A stretch of DNA of 64,000 nucleotides from a virus. Lineage: Duplodnaviria > Heunggongvirae > Uroviricota > Caudoviricetes. This document shows positions 29,645 through 38,810 of the stretch, piece after piece. Position numbers and translations under genes: made by a program. The notes beneath the pieces are model-generated. The model was not told where the DNA came from. It saw only the letters and a program-made list of their open reading frames with translations, and made no database searches. The stretch lies in IMG/VR virus record IMGVR_UViG_3300020050_006655; one strand, 5' to 3'. The number at the start of each line of letters is the position of its first letter. The first letter of the stretch is position 1.

Positions 29645-30552
29645 TATTAGGAAATCAGCGTAAAGAAAAGATAAACTACAAAGACCTTTTACATAATATA
29701 AATCAGGAAGAAGTATTTCAATCTATATTGGGATATTTCCCTGATTTATATAAAAGGTTTAAAAGTCCTTTTAGGTCAGATAAAAATGCTGGCTGTAGAT
29801 TTGAATGGAAGAATGGTTATTTGTGTCTTGTAGAAAACACTGCTTATAAAGGAAAACTCTATTGGAATATTTTCAATACCGTGATGGAGATTAAAGCGAT
29901 AAAATTTTATCAGTCAGTTGAATTCATAGCACAAGGCAGATACACAGGAAGTCCATCAAATCCTATTTACAAGGACAAACTGACAATAAGATTTACCAAA
30001 AAAGATTGGTCTAAAGACAATATGTTCTATCTTCCTGTGGAAGCGCTGGAAAAAGAACATATATATCTTGTGGAAGATTATTGGTCGCATAAGAATGGTA
30101 TATGGAAAAAGAATTTCTTACATAAAAATGCTTTATGTATAGCATACCATTTTCCAGAAACAGATCATGTGAAATTGTATTTTCCAGAAAAGATCGAGAA
30201 CAGATGGTATTCTAATTGCAACAATCAAGACATATTTGGTCTTGATTCATTAAACGAAACAGGTGATTTACTTATTATCAGTAAGTCACAAAAAGATAGG
30301 ATGACACTTAAATACCATTATGGTTTTGAAAATGTCATTGCTTTACAAAATGAAGGTTGTTATATTCCACAGAATATTATAGACAATCTAAAATTGCGGT
30401 TTAAAGACATTCAAATCATTTTTGATAATGATTTAACTGGATTTGAACAAGCTGCTAAACTATCATCTTTATATAACATTAACTATAAAATTATAGAATG
30501 TTCCTATAAAGATCCTTACGAAATGTATATTAACAGTTATAAAATTTTTTGA
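29641..30552 (+). CDS. putative DnaG/T7-gp4-like primase (Cys cluster + TOPRIM-like DxD)
   Basis: N-terminal CRFEW..GYLC. C-terminal ALQNEG ... IIFDNDLTGFEQAAK resembles the TOPRIM E...DxD...G...A pattern. The first acidic motif is degenerate. Confidence 0.4.
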   Translation: MILGNQRKEKINYKDLLHNINQEEVFQSILGYFPDLYKRFKSPFRSDKNAGCRFEWKNGYLCLVENTAYKGKLYWNIFNTVMEIKAIKFYQSVEFIAQGRYTGSPSNPIYKDKLTIRFTKKDWSKDNMFYLPVEALEKEHIYLVEDYWSHKNGIWKKNFLHKNALCIAYHFPETDHVKLYFPEKIENRWYSNCNNQDIFGLDSLNETGDLLIISKSQKDRMTLKYHYGFENVIALQNEGCYIPQNIIDNLKLRFKDIQIIFDNDLTGFEQAAKLSSLYNINYKIIECSYKDPYEMYINSYKIF

Positions 30553-30553
30553 A

Positions 30554-31246
30554 ATGAAATTTAACGTATTCGGCACAAAAGCATCGGAAAGATTTGCAGG
30601 ATTGGAACTACCGGAAGATGTAAAGAACTTCGGTCAACTGGTTCAATTCCTTATAACAAAACACAACATTGATGTAACAGGTTTCAAAGTGACTTGGTTT
30701 GCAAATGGTGATCCACTTCATAATTCAAGTCCTGAAACAGCAATGGCATCCATTCCTATAACGGACGGATTCTCTATTGCTCTTACCCCTCACACAACCA
30801 ACAAAGGATTGGGGTATAATGAAATGAAATCCTTTGTAAAGGAACAACGTCAAAAAGCAATTAATGCTGGTAACAAGCATATTGTTGAATTGATTGGTGA
30901 TTATTCGCGTCTTACTGCTGCACAAATGACAGCATTGTATAACAGGCTTCAACCTACTAATACAACAGCAACAGTTGTAACAAACAATCAAACCAGTACA
31001 ACCAGTACAAATGAACTTGCTAATATGGAAGCACGGGTAGGTCGTTTGGAAGTAAAACTTCAAACACTTGAAACTCGTATTTCTGCTTTAGCAGACCGTT
31101 TGGCAGATGTTGACGAACTGGAAGAAGATGAAAATGATGAACTGGAATATGAATCCAGTGATCCAGAGCCTGTAGTTCAAAGACCTACTGTAGTAGAAGT
31201 ACCGGATGATATTCTGGCTTATATGCAATCAAAAGGTGTAAGATAA
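30554..31246 (+). CDS. protein with N-terminal ubiquitin-like (β-grasp-like) domain, central coiled coil and acidic C-terminus (230 aa)
   Basis: The first ~88 aa (MKFNVFGT...IPITDGFSIALTPHTTNKGLG) align by eye with the ubiquitin β-grasp pattern and end in GLG. The remainder is Gln/Thr-rich coiled coil followed by a DELEEDENDELEYE stretch. Confidence 0.4.
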   Translation: MKFNVFGTKASERFAGLELPEDVKNFGQLVQFLITKHNIDVTGFKVTWFANGDPLHNSSPETAMASIPITDGFSIALTPHTTNKGLGYNEMKSFVKEQRQKAINAGNKHIVELIGDYSRLTAAQMTALYNRLQPTNTTATVVTNNQTSTTSTNELANMEARVGRLEVKLQTLETRISALADRLADVDELEEDENDELEYESSDPEPVVQRPTVVEVPDDILAYMQSKGVR

Positions 31247-31260
31247 TTGTCTTTAAAAAA

Positions 31261-31294
31261 GGGGTTAGCAATAACCCCTTAATTTTTGTTTTAT
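31261..31294 (+). terminator. rho-independent terminator
   Basis: ggggtta-gcaa-taacccc hairpin followed by ttaatttttgtttt. Confidence 0.5.
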
Positions 31295-32207
31295 GACAAA
31301 AGAAAAAATCAAGAGTTTTGTATCTGATATAGAATTTTTCTCAAGACAAATAAAAGAAGTTGATGATTTTGCTGATTGGTTATTTGAGTTTCTTGAAGGG
31401 TTGGGTTGGGAATGGGATTGTTCAAGTACAGTTATTGTATTAAAATATCCTGATTCTTTTTGTACTAATGTTTATGGTCAAAAAACACCTATAACAGATT
31501 TGTATGTAAAGATTGACTATAATGGAGATGTTGAAATGAGACGATGTAGTTTTACTTATGCACAAGAAGCAAGTAGATATCTTCATTCTCATGTAAATAT
31601 GCAAACACAATTATATAGTTGGTCATCATCTATATGTTTTGGCCCTAACATGTCTTTTAGAGAATCTAGTTTACCGTTTGACGAACAGTTGATAAGGATA
31701 GTATCATTACTTCCAGATTTCATTGAAACAGAATCAACAAACCATAGTCCATATTCATACATTTCCAAATTACCTCTTTATTCAAATCAATATAGAGATG
31801 TAGTAATGATAGGCCGGGTATCTGATTTTATCAGTAAAGTTCCCATACAAGTATCCTTACCAAGCATTAATGGTGCTTACCAAATATCAATAAGTGCTGA
31901 TAAAGAACTAACAGATAAATGGTTAATAGAAAATAACTTTACAGGTTATTTTGTTAATAGTCTTTGGTATAAAGATTGTATAAATGAAGACAAACCAGAA
32001 ACAAGAAGGCCAATTACTTTCAAGTTTCGAGATGAACCTGTTGTCTTAGTTATCAAATCAGATACAACAGATACAGTAAATACAGCAAACAAAATACCTT
32101 GCGAAATAGCAAGAGAAAGAATATTAAAAGACGTTTATGACTCAATTATCAACTCAACAGATTTCTGGAAAGAAATCATCTCTAGCACTGGTACACTCCG
32201 ATGTTAA
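31293..32207 (+). CDS. hypothetical protein (304 aa)
   Basis: ORF. It contains HSHVN...SSICFGPN, a weak E2-like resemblance that is speculative. Confidence 0.45.
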   Translation: MTKEKIKSFVSDIEFFSRQIKEVDDFADWLFEFLEGLGWEWDCSSTVIVLKYPDSFCTNVYGQKTPITDLYVKIDYNGDVEMRRCSFTYAQEASRYLHSHVNMQTQLYSWSSSICFGPNMSFRESSLPFDEQLIRIVSLLPDFIETESTNHSPYSYISKLPLYSNQYRDVVMIGRVSDFISKVPIQVSLPSINGAYQISISADKELTDKWLIENNFTGYFVNSLWYKDCINEDKPETRRPITFKFRDEPVVLVIKSDTTDTVNTANKIPCEIARERILKDVYDSIINSTDFWKEIISSTGTLRC

Positions 32208-32829
32208 AATACCAGTAAAACTTACAAAACCGTTCATAGACGCTTGTCAAGCAGCGTGTAACAAGTTTCCAAATATCGAATGGTCAGGAATCTGTTTCTA
32301 TAAATTGTTTAATGTTGAATCTGTTCAACAGTTAAATATTGAAATATTTGATTTCCTTCCACTATCTGCCGATACAGCAGCACATACAGGATTTACTTAT
32401 GATGCTACTTATCTTCAATACTTGATGGAAAGAGGTCAAGACCCAATGGCTGTACAGTTGGGTGATATACACTCACATAACAGAATGGATGTATTCTTTT
32501 CATCAACGGATAATCAGGATTTGGCAGATAATACACAATACTATGACTACTTTTTGTCGGTAGTATGTAACAATGCGGGACGATTCTGTATTAAACTGGC
32601 TATACCAGCAAGTACGTCTTATGAGATCAAACATCCAACAACAGGTAAAATAGAAAAATTTATCACAAGTAACCAAGCACTTATATTTGATTGTGATGTA
32701 ATCCTACCAGAAGGTTTCAAAGCAGATGATATATTTATGTCTTGGTTGGATAAAGTTCAAGCAAAAACACTAGCACCAGTGTCAAGCATGTTTCCTAAAG
32801 GAAATGGAACATATGAATCCTACAGTTAA
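32137..32829 (+). CDS. JAB/JAMM (MPN+) metallopeptidase-domain protein
   Basis: Exact JAMM motif H-x-H-x7-S-x2-D in GDIHSHNRMDVFFSSTDNQ, with an upstream Glu (NIEIFDF). The true start may be an internal Met because the 5' end overlaps the previous gene by 70 nt. Confidence 0.55.
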   Translation: MTQLSTQQISGKKSSLALVHSDVKIPVKLTKPFIDACQAACNKFPNIEWSGICFYKLFNVESVQQLNIEIFDFLPLSADTAAHTGFTYDATYLQYLMERGQDPMAVQLGDIHSHNRMDVFFSSTDNQDLADNTQYYDYFLSVVCNNAGRFCIKLAIPASTSYEIKHPTTGKIEKFITSNQALIFDCDVILPEGFKADDIFMSWLDKVQAKTLAPVSSMFPKGNGTYESYS

Positions 32830-33199
32830 GAAAATACCTTATCAAGGATCTTTTAATTTTGAAGAAGATAGTTATTTGGCCAACCGGAATACTTATACTC
32901 CAAACAAAGTTGTTAAAAAGACTTTGCCGATTAACGACTTTATTCAAGAGTATATATTTGAGGATTATTCGGTTAAGACAATTGAACAACTGATGATGGA
33001 ATATCAACATCAGTTTCCAATTGAATTGGTTAATTTTGAGGACTTTGTTGAAACAACAGGTGTTACGAATCAAGAACTATGTTCTTATATCCAAAGAAGT
33101 GTAACGGCTATCATACCGTACAAATCAAAAAATCAGAATCTTGAAGAACTGATTCCAAATCTGAATCGGTTAATTAGAGAACTAAATCAGTTAAAATAA
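32804..33199 (+). CDS. hypothetical protein (131 aa)
   Basis: ORF between the JAB and E1-like genes. Confidence 0.4.
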   Translation: MEHMNPTVKKIPYQGSFNFEEDSYLANRNTYTPNKVVKKTLPINDFIQEYIFEDYSVKTIEQLMMEYQHQFPIELVNFEDFVETTGVTNQELCSYIQRSVTAIIPYKSKNQNLEELIPNLNRLIRELNQLK

Positions 33200-33843
33200 T
33201 GAACACAAATAGATATAAAGATGCTGATTTCATGCAGATTCCGCCAATGGATATACTGTTTGTAGGTCTTGGTGGTATTGGTTTTGGTACAGCAAAAAGA
33301 TTACTTGACTGTCAACAGAAACTGACAATCTTTGAACCGGATACTGTATCAGAACACAATTGTATTCCACAAGGATTTGCAAAAGGTCAGATAGGTCAAA
33401 CAAAGTTTAAGTGTCTGGAAGATTATCTAAAAGGTTTTGTTGGTAATGCCCAAATTGAGTATTATACAGGTAAATACCAAAATGATTCTATAGCATATCC
33501 TATTATGGTATCTGCTGTTGATAATTATGAGACAAGAAAAATTATGTTTCATAACTGGAAACAGCAGGAAGATCGTGAATTATTTGTTGATGGTAGATTG
33601 TTGGCAGAATTCTTTCAAGTATTCGCTATTACACCAGAGAATGAAGATTGGTATGAAACAAATTTCTTGAATGGAACTGTTGATGATAATGATGGTGTTA
33701 TGTGTACTTATCAGCAAACAAGTTTTGTAGCATCTATTATTCATGGCGTAATTACACAAAAGATTCTAAACTATGGAACAGGAAAGCCTTTCAGTAGATT
33801 TACAGAATACAACGGAATTATTGATTCCTTTAGATCTGAATAA
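33199..33843 (+). CDS. ThiF/MoeB/E1-like adenylating enzyme (minimal, 214 aa)
   Basis: ILFVGLGGIGFGTAKRL (GxGxxG) followed by KLTIFEPDTVSEHNCIPQ (hLxxxDxDxVxxSNLxRQ-like). Then KxxxLxxxhxGNxQIEY and VSAVDNYETRKIM (DNxxxR), with a Cys further downstream. The order and spacing match the E1 Rossmann fold. Confidence 0.55.
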   Translation: MNTNRYKDADFMQIPPMDILFVGLGGIGFGTAKRLLDCQQKLTIFEPDTVSEHNCIPQGFAKGQIGQTKFKCLEDYLKGFVGNAQIEYYTGKYQNDSIAYPIMVSAVDNYETRKIMFHNWKQQEDRELFVDGRLLAEFFQVFAITPENEDWYETNFLNGTVDDNDGVMCTYQQTSFVASIIHGVITQKILNYGTGKPFSRFTEYNGIIDSFRSE

Positions 33844-34159
33844 CTTTCAATTTGGTGAAACTCACAATTTCACAGGAAGTTATAAATACTATTTTCCTTT
33901 TGGTTTCTTTATAAGAAATAGTATTGATCGCCCACTTTGGAATAGGATTGAATCTGTTCCTTCTTATTGTTCTACAAATACTTGGAGATATGCTTCAAGA
34001 ACAATAGCAAATCATAGTTTATATAATTGTGAAATAGGCGGTAAACGGTATACAATTGGAAAAAACTGTATCTTTGATAAAGACTTTAACTTGTTAGTTT
34101 ATGTAAAGAATGCTCATTATAGTTCCAGATTTACTTATAGAAAATTTATGTTAGACTAG
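33773..34159 (+). CDS. hypothetical protein (128 aa)
   Basis: ORF overlapping the 3' end of the E1-like gene. Confidence 0.35.
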   Translation: MEQESLSVDLQNTTELLIPLDLNNFQFGETHNFTGSYKYYFPFGFFIRNSIDRPLWNRIESVPSYCSTNTWRYASRTIANHSLYNCEIGGKRYTIGKNCIFDKDFNLLVYVKNAHYSSRFTYRKFMLD

Positions 34160-34325
34160 GTTCGTTTATTGACGGTCGATCTGAAAAAAACGCACTGGCT
34201 TATTTCAGAAGTAATTCTGAACATCTTGAATTTGTTGATGACATGTCACCTTTTTGTTTTAGACTTAACGTTAATTTCAAAACAAGATTTGAAAAGAAAG
34301 CATTTGATGTAAAACTAACTGAAAT

Positions 34326-35048
34326 ATGCAACAACTTACTGAAAGCATCATAAGAAACATTCATCCGTCGTTTCTTAGACTACTTCAATGTCCAGCAGAA
34401 AAAGATGGTTTGGTTATAGATTATTTAGATGATGCAATAGAAAAAGTATTACGTCATAAACAGCAATACAAGTCTAAACTTTGTCCCGATAGTCCAGACA
34501 AGATTTTAAAATGTCTTGAGATTGATCCGAACAAAATTAAGGTTGTTATTGTTGGACAGGATCTATATCCTCAACCGGGAGTTGCAACAGGACATGCTTT
34601 TGCTTGTATTGATGGTAAACAACCATCTATGCAAATTCTGATTAGAGAACTTGAAAAAGAATACGGACTATCTGATCTTGCTCAAACGTTTGATACAACT
34701 CTAAAACATTGGACAGATCAAGGAGTTTTACTTCTCAATTCAAGTTTATCTTGTGATGAGTATAAGCCGGGATCACATGCTGAATATTGGAAAGAATTTA
34801 TGGTAGAATTGATAATCACGTTAAACGATTTGTTTATCTCAAGAGAAGAAACGAAACCTATTGTTTTTGTTTTATTGGGAAGACAAGCACAACTGTTTAA
34901 CAGGCTTATTAAGACAAAGTGGAACTTTTTAATTCAAAGATGTCATCCTGCTGCTGAAACACATGGAGATCATAAATTCGTTGGATTCTTTAAAGAAGTA
35001 AACAGATGTCTTGTTGAATCAGGACAAGTAGAAATATCATGGAGTTAA
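34326..35048 (+). CDS. uracil-DNA glycosylase (family 1-like)
   Basis: VVIVGQDLYPQPGVATGHAFA aligns with the UNG motif [20 protein letters not shown]. C-terminal HPAA...H resembles HPSPLS. Confidence 0.55.
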   Translation: MQQLTESIIRNIHPSFLRLLQCPAEKDGLVIDYLDDAIEKVLRHKQQYKSKLCPDSPDKILKCLEIDPNKIKVVIVGQDLYPQPGVATGHAFACIDGKQPSMQILIRELEKEYGLSDLAQTFDTTLKHWTDQGVLLLNSSLSCDEYKPGSHAEYWKEFMVELIITLNDLFISREETKPIVFVLLGRQAQLFNRLIKTKWNFLIQRCHPAAETHGDHKFVGFFKEVNRCLVESGQVEISWS

Positions 35049-35467
35049 AATTTGATACTGGAATACCATTCAACCCAAAGTTGATAGTCAAACCTAAGTT
35101 TAAGATTGGTCAAACTGTTTACGCTGTTAGAAATTATTATAGTGAAGTAAGAAAACTTGAGATAACCAATGTTTCATTGAATTTTTTGTGGGTAGATAAT
35201 AGTTATAGATCTTTCTATAAAACAACCATTATGTATAACGCAGAGGATTCTGCTGGTTATGGAGGTAGTGATGAATTTACCGAACAACAACTTTTTACCA
35301 AGAAGTATCAAGCACAACTTCAACTTGATATTTGGAAAAAAGAAAATAAGGTACAGATTTATAATTATCAAAAAGAAGAAGTTCGAGAATTAGAAAAACA
35401 AATAAGCAGTTTAAAACAAAGGATAAGTGACTATGAACAAGAACAGAGACAAAGGGCACAGATTTGA
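35039..35467 (+). CDS. hypothetical protein with C-terminal coiled coil (142 aa)
   Basis: ORF. Confidence 0.4.
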   Translation: MELKFDTGIPFNPKLIVKPKFKIGQTVYAVRNYYSEVRKLEITNVSLNFLWVDNSYRSFYKTTIMYNAEDSAGYGGSDEFTEQQLFTKKYQAQLQLDIWKKENKVQIYNYQKEEVRELEKQISSLKQRISDYEQEQRQRAQI

Positions 35468-35804
35468 ACTTCAAATCAGAAAAATGTTTGAACAATACTT
35501 TCCACTTGTGAAAACAGCAAGACAGGTAAGTAGGGCTATGGATGATTGTGGTATTGATCTTGTGAACATTCCGTTTAACGTTCAGTGTAAAAGTGGATAT
35601 GAGAAAACAAATTTTAAGTTTGCCGAACTATCTGCTCAAACAAAAGAATTGTTAAAAAAGTTCTTTACGTTAGACAATCCTGTTCATAATTATCCATACA
35701 TAATAATCCATAAAAGAGGAAGGAAAGAAGAAGATACGACAGTCACAATGTCACTAAAGACATTTGAGGACTTATTAAAAAAAGGATATGAGACTAGAGC
35801 ATAA
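35427..35804 (+). CDS. putative Holliday-junction resolvase (Hjc-like PD-(D/E)xK nuclease)
   Basis: GHRFELQIRKMFEQ...SRAMDDCGIDLV...FNVQCKS matches the archaeal Hjc pattern G..FE(R)...D...hDhh...(E/Q)xK. Confidence 0.4.
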   Translation: MTMNKNRDKGHRFELQIRKMFEQYFPLVKTARQVSRAMDDCGIDLVNIPFNVQCKSGYEKTNFKFAELSAQTKELLKKFFTLDNPVHNYPYIIIHKRGRKEEDTTVTMSLKTFEDLLKKGYETRA

Positions 35805-36315
35805 CATAAAGAGAAGTTTTGTTAATAAAAGCAGGGAGTATCTATGGCCAAGTATCGTGTTGTTAAAGTCTTATCAAGATATTAAATCTGTAGTACCATC
35901 CATCATTACTGTTGGGGCAGGAATACAGAGTTGTCTTGGATTGACATTGTTTTTCCAAGTAACAGATTTTGATAAGATAACTCAAATAATCTCCAGAGCA
36001 AAAGAGCATGGGGAATATTTGATGGATACTATAATCGATACGGACATACATGCAATAGTATTGAAATGTCCTGTCGACATAAATGCCTTCTTGAAAGGAG
36101 AGTACAGTAAAGTATATACGGACAATCAAATTAGGGTTGTCAAAGAAGACAAAAGAAAAATACTACAAAGGGATAAATCGGCAAGAGATGCTTTCATACA
36201 GAAAGTTATTGATGTTGCTGGTGATCTTCGATCAGACACAATAGAGCATTTAACAAAGGGGGAATATGATTTCCCGCCTATTTACCAACAAGAAATAATT
36301 TACTCAACAATATGA
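35788..36315 (+). CDS. hypothetical protein (175 aa)
   Basis: ORF. Confidence 0.4.
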   Translation: MRLEHNIKRSFVNKSREYLWPSIVLLKSYQDIKSVVPSIITVGAGIQSCLGLTLFFQVTDFDKITQIISRAKEHGEYLMDTIIDTDIHAIVLKCPVDINAFLKGEYSKVYTDNQIRVVKEDKRKILQRDKSARDAFIQKVIDVAGDLRSDTIEHLTKGEYDFPPIYQQEIIYSTI

Positions 36316-36785
36316 ATACACTGAAAGTAGAAAAATTAACAGAGACAGCAAAACTACCAGTTAGAGCAGAAGAAGGTTCTGTAGGACTTGATGTATTTGT
36401 TGATTCAATCAGTATTAGAGAAGGAGCCTTGTGCTACAATCTTGGTATAGGAATTGAACCACCAGCAGGATTCTTCGCTATGTTAGTTCCAAGAAGTAGT
36501 CTGTCAAAAGTAGAATGGGTATTTGGTAATTCTATCGGAATTATTGATCCTTCATACAGAGGTGAACTACAAATAAGAATGCGTCCTGTAGGAACCGTAA
36601 CACTTTTGAACGAAGAAGGTATTATCACGTCTACTCATAGTAAGAGGCAAGATCTTCCATACAAGATTGGAGAGAGAGTTGGTCAATTGATTCTTGTACC
36701 TGCTATTTTTGCAGAAGTGAAAGAAGAAACTCTTTCTAAAACAACAAGAGGTGTTGGAGGATTTGGCTCAACAGGCAAGAAATAA
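36312..36785 (+). CDS. dut: dUTP diphosphatase (dUTPase)
   Basis: Canonical motifs GSVGLDVF, GIIDPSYRGEL and RGVGGFGSTG. Confidence 0.75.
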   Translation: MNTLKVEKLTETAKLPVRAEEGSVGLDVFVDSISIREGALCYNLGIGIEPPAGFFAMLVPRSSLSKVEWVFGNSIGIIDPSYRGELQIRMRPVGTVTLLNEEGIITSTHSKRQDLPYKIGERVGQLILVPAIFAEVKEETLSKTTRGVGGFGSTGKK

Positions 36786-37906
36786 TGTTGGTGTGTAAAC
36801 TAATCTTTGTAGATCCTGTTTCTAACCACAACAAGTTCTACAATATGGTAGAAAAGAACGGTGAAATAGAGATTGAGTTTGGTCGTGTTGGTGCTGGTAG
36901 TCAAAAAGCAAAATGTTCTACGAGTCAGTTTTCAAGTAAGAAAAATGAAAAGTTGAGAAAAGGATATATTGATGTTACACACTTTTTGGAAGAAAAATCA
37001 TCTGAATTATCTTTTGATGGAGTTGATCCAAATATCAAGTTGTTGTTTGAGACATTGATGAAATATGCCAATGAATCAGTTGTAAAGAACTACAATCTAA
37101 ATCTTGGTTCTGTAACAGAACTACAAATTAAAGATGCTCAAACAACTCTTGATAATATAGCAAAGGCAACATCAATAGAACACATACAGGTATTATGTAG
37201 AAACCTGTTTATAATTTTTCCAAGAAAAATGCACAGAGTAGTTGATTATATACCAACGTCTGACTGGAGTACGGAAAGGTTAAACAAGTTTCTATCTGAT
37301 GAACAGGATACTCTTGATTCATTGAAAGGTATGGTTACACAAACAACATCTAACTTGTTTGATTGTGGTAACTATAATCTTAGATCAATTGAATATCGTC
37401 CAGAATCAACTATTGAACTTGACTCACTAAGAATTAGAACACCTAAAAAGATATTCAGAGTAGAACACAACAAACAAAGTTTCTTTGATGAACACGTTAA
37501 TCAATCTAGTAATAAAACAACAAGATTGTTAATTCATGGTTCAAGAAGTCAAAACATATTAAGTATCCTAAAGAACGGATTATTAATTCGTCCTACAGGT
37601 GCTTATTATTCTGGTTCTGCTTATGGTGATGGTGTTTATCATGCTGATGTACTTGATAAGAGTCTTGGTTATTGTGGTTATACACCAGACAAGTTCATTA
37701 TGATCCAAGACGTACATCTTGGAAATACATATCAGTACACAGGAAGGAATAGACACGACAAACCAACAAACTTCTTCACCGAAACAGGATTGCAAAAAGA
37801 AGGATGTGATTCTCTTTTTGCTAAAGGTGGGAACGATCTAATAAACAATGAATACATTGTTTATAATTCTAAACAAACAATAATAAAATATCTACTATGG
37901 TATTGA
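36785..37906 (+). CDS. poly(ADP-ribose) polymerase homolog (WGR domain + PARP catalytic domain)
   Basis: N-terminal WGR-like NKFYNMVEKNGEIEIEFGRVGAGSQ. Catalytic signature LLIHGSRSQNILSILKNGL, GDGVYHADVLDKSLGYC and NNEYIVYN (His-Tyr-Glu triad context). Confidence 0.6.
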   Translation: MLVCKLIFVDPVSNHNKFYNMVEKNGEIEIEFGRVGAGSQKAKCSTSQFSSKKNEKLRKGYIDVTHFLEEKSSELSFDGVDPNIKLLFETLMKYANESVVKNYNLNLGSVTELQIKDAQTTLDNIAKATSIEHIQVLCRNLFIIFPRKMHRVVDYIPTSDWSTERLNKFLSDEQDTLDSLKGMVTQTTSNLFDCGNYNLRSIEYRPESTIELDSLRIRTPKKIFRVEHNKQSFFDEHVNQSSNKTTRLLIHGSRSQNILSILKNGLLIRPTGAYYSGSAYGDGVYHADVLDKSLGYCGYTPDKFIMIQDVHLGNTYQYTGRNRHDKPTNFFTETGLQKEGCDSLFAKGGNDLINNEYIVYNSKQTIIKYLLWY

Positions 37907-38538
37907 AACAACCAGACATTAATGTAGCCAAACAAATGCTTGCTGATTGGTGGCTTAACAACAGCACTATAAGTTCATTAGAACTTAAAGAAGAACTTCG
38001 TCGGGATTATCCAGATCATGTATGGACACAACAGTGGACGAGTTGGTTTTTAGGTGAGCAAGGTCTTCACTTTGATGACAATGGAGTGTATAAAGTGTAT
38101 TATGCACAACAAGTATTACCTACAAATACTACAACAGTAACAGTAGTTACAACAGTTGCTGTAAGTTTTCCTGTTACAATTGATAATCTTGATGATTTAG
38201 GTCAAGACTATCATGGTACAAGATTCACCAAAGAGAAGATTAAAAATATGCTTCGAGATGAAGGTATTACAGATTTTACAGACTTTGATGGATGCTTTGA
38301 AAATTCTGGTTGGGTATTTACTGGTAAATACACAGCAGACAACAAGAAGATTTATGTGTGGATTCAGAACTACGAATACTTCTCAAGAAGTAAACAACAA
38401 ATTCTAAGGTTGTCTGAAATTTCAAGACCACATCTTAAAAACGCTTTGTTGAAAAGATACCCTAATGTAACAATTGAATATCTTGTTAACAATCCGTTCA
38501 GTGAAGCAAGTAAACTCCTTAAACACTTTTCAGTATGA
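37897..38538 (+). CDS. hypothetical protein (213 aa)
   Basis: ORF. Confidence 0.4.
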   Translation: MVLKQPDINVAKQMLADWWLNNSTISSLELKEELRRDYPDHVWTQQWTSWFLGEQGLHFDDNGVYKVYYAQQVLPTNTTTVTVVTTVAVSFPVTIDNLDDLGQDYHGTRFTKEKIKNMLRDEGITDFTDFDGCFENSGWVFTGKYTADNKKIYVWIQNYEYFSRSKQQILRLSEISRPHLKNALLKRYPNVTIEYLVNNPFSEASKLLKHFSV

Positions 38539-38810
38539 CCGTTATTTTTCAACAAGATAAAACACTTATAAAAGTAGCGGTTGAATCAATAAAGATTCAT
38601 CCTACTGTTACAAGTGAAATGGAGTTAAGAACAGGGCCATCCTCGTTACTTCAATTTGTTATTCACGATGAATCTGATTCTTATGTTCTTCCTTCTACAG
38701 TATTTGACGGGACACCATTTGCTCTGTTTCAGAAGATTGATATAGAACCTTTAACTTGGTCTGATACAATATCGGTAAAAGAATTTATCAATTTAATTGA
38801 ACTATTGTGA
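38535..38810 (+). CDS. small hypothetical protein (91 aa)
   Basis: ORF. Confidence 0.3.
   Translation: MTVIFQQDKTLIKVAVESIKIHPTVTSEMELRTGPSSLLQFVIHDESDSYVLPSTVFDGTPFALFQKIDIEPLTWSDTISVKEFINLIELL

Noticed and set aside
29641-30552. Archaeo-eukaryotic primase-polymerase call for the primase ORF
   Set aside because: No AEP DxD/H motifs recognised. The C-terminal DND + Gly pattern fits TOPRIM better, so I kept the DnaG-like call at low confidence.
32137-32829. RadC-like DNA-repair JAB protein as an alternative call for the JAMM ORF
   Set aside because: Not fully excluded, since RadC shares the HxHx7Sx2D spacing. I disfavoured it because the gene is 370 nt from an E1-like gene and near a Ubl-like domain. 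It needs profile searches to settle.
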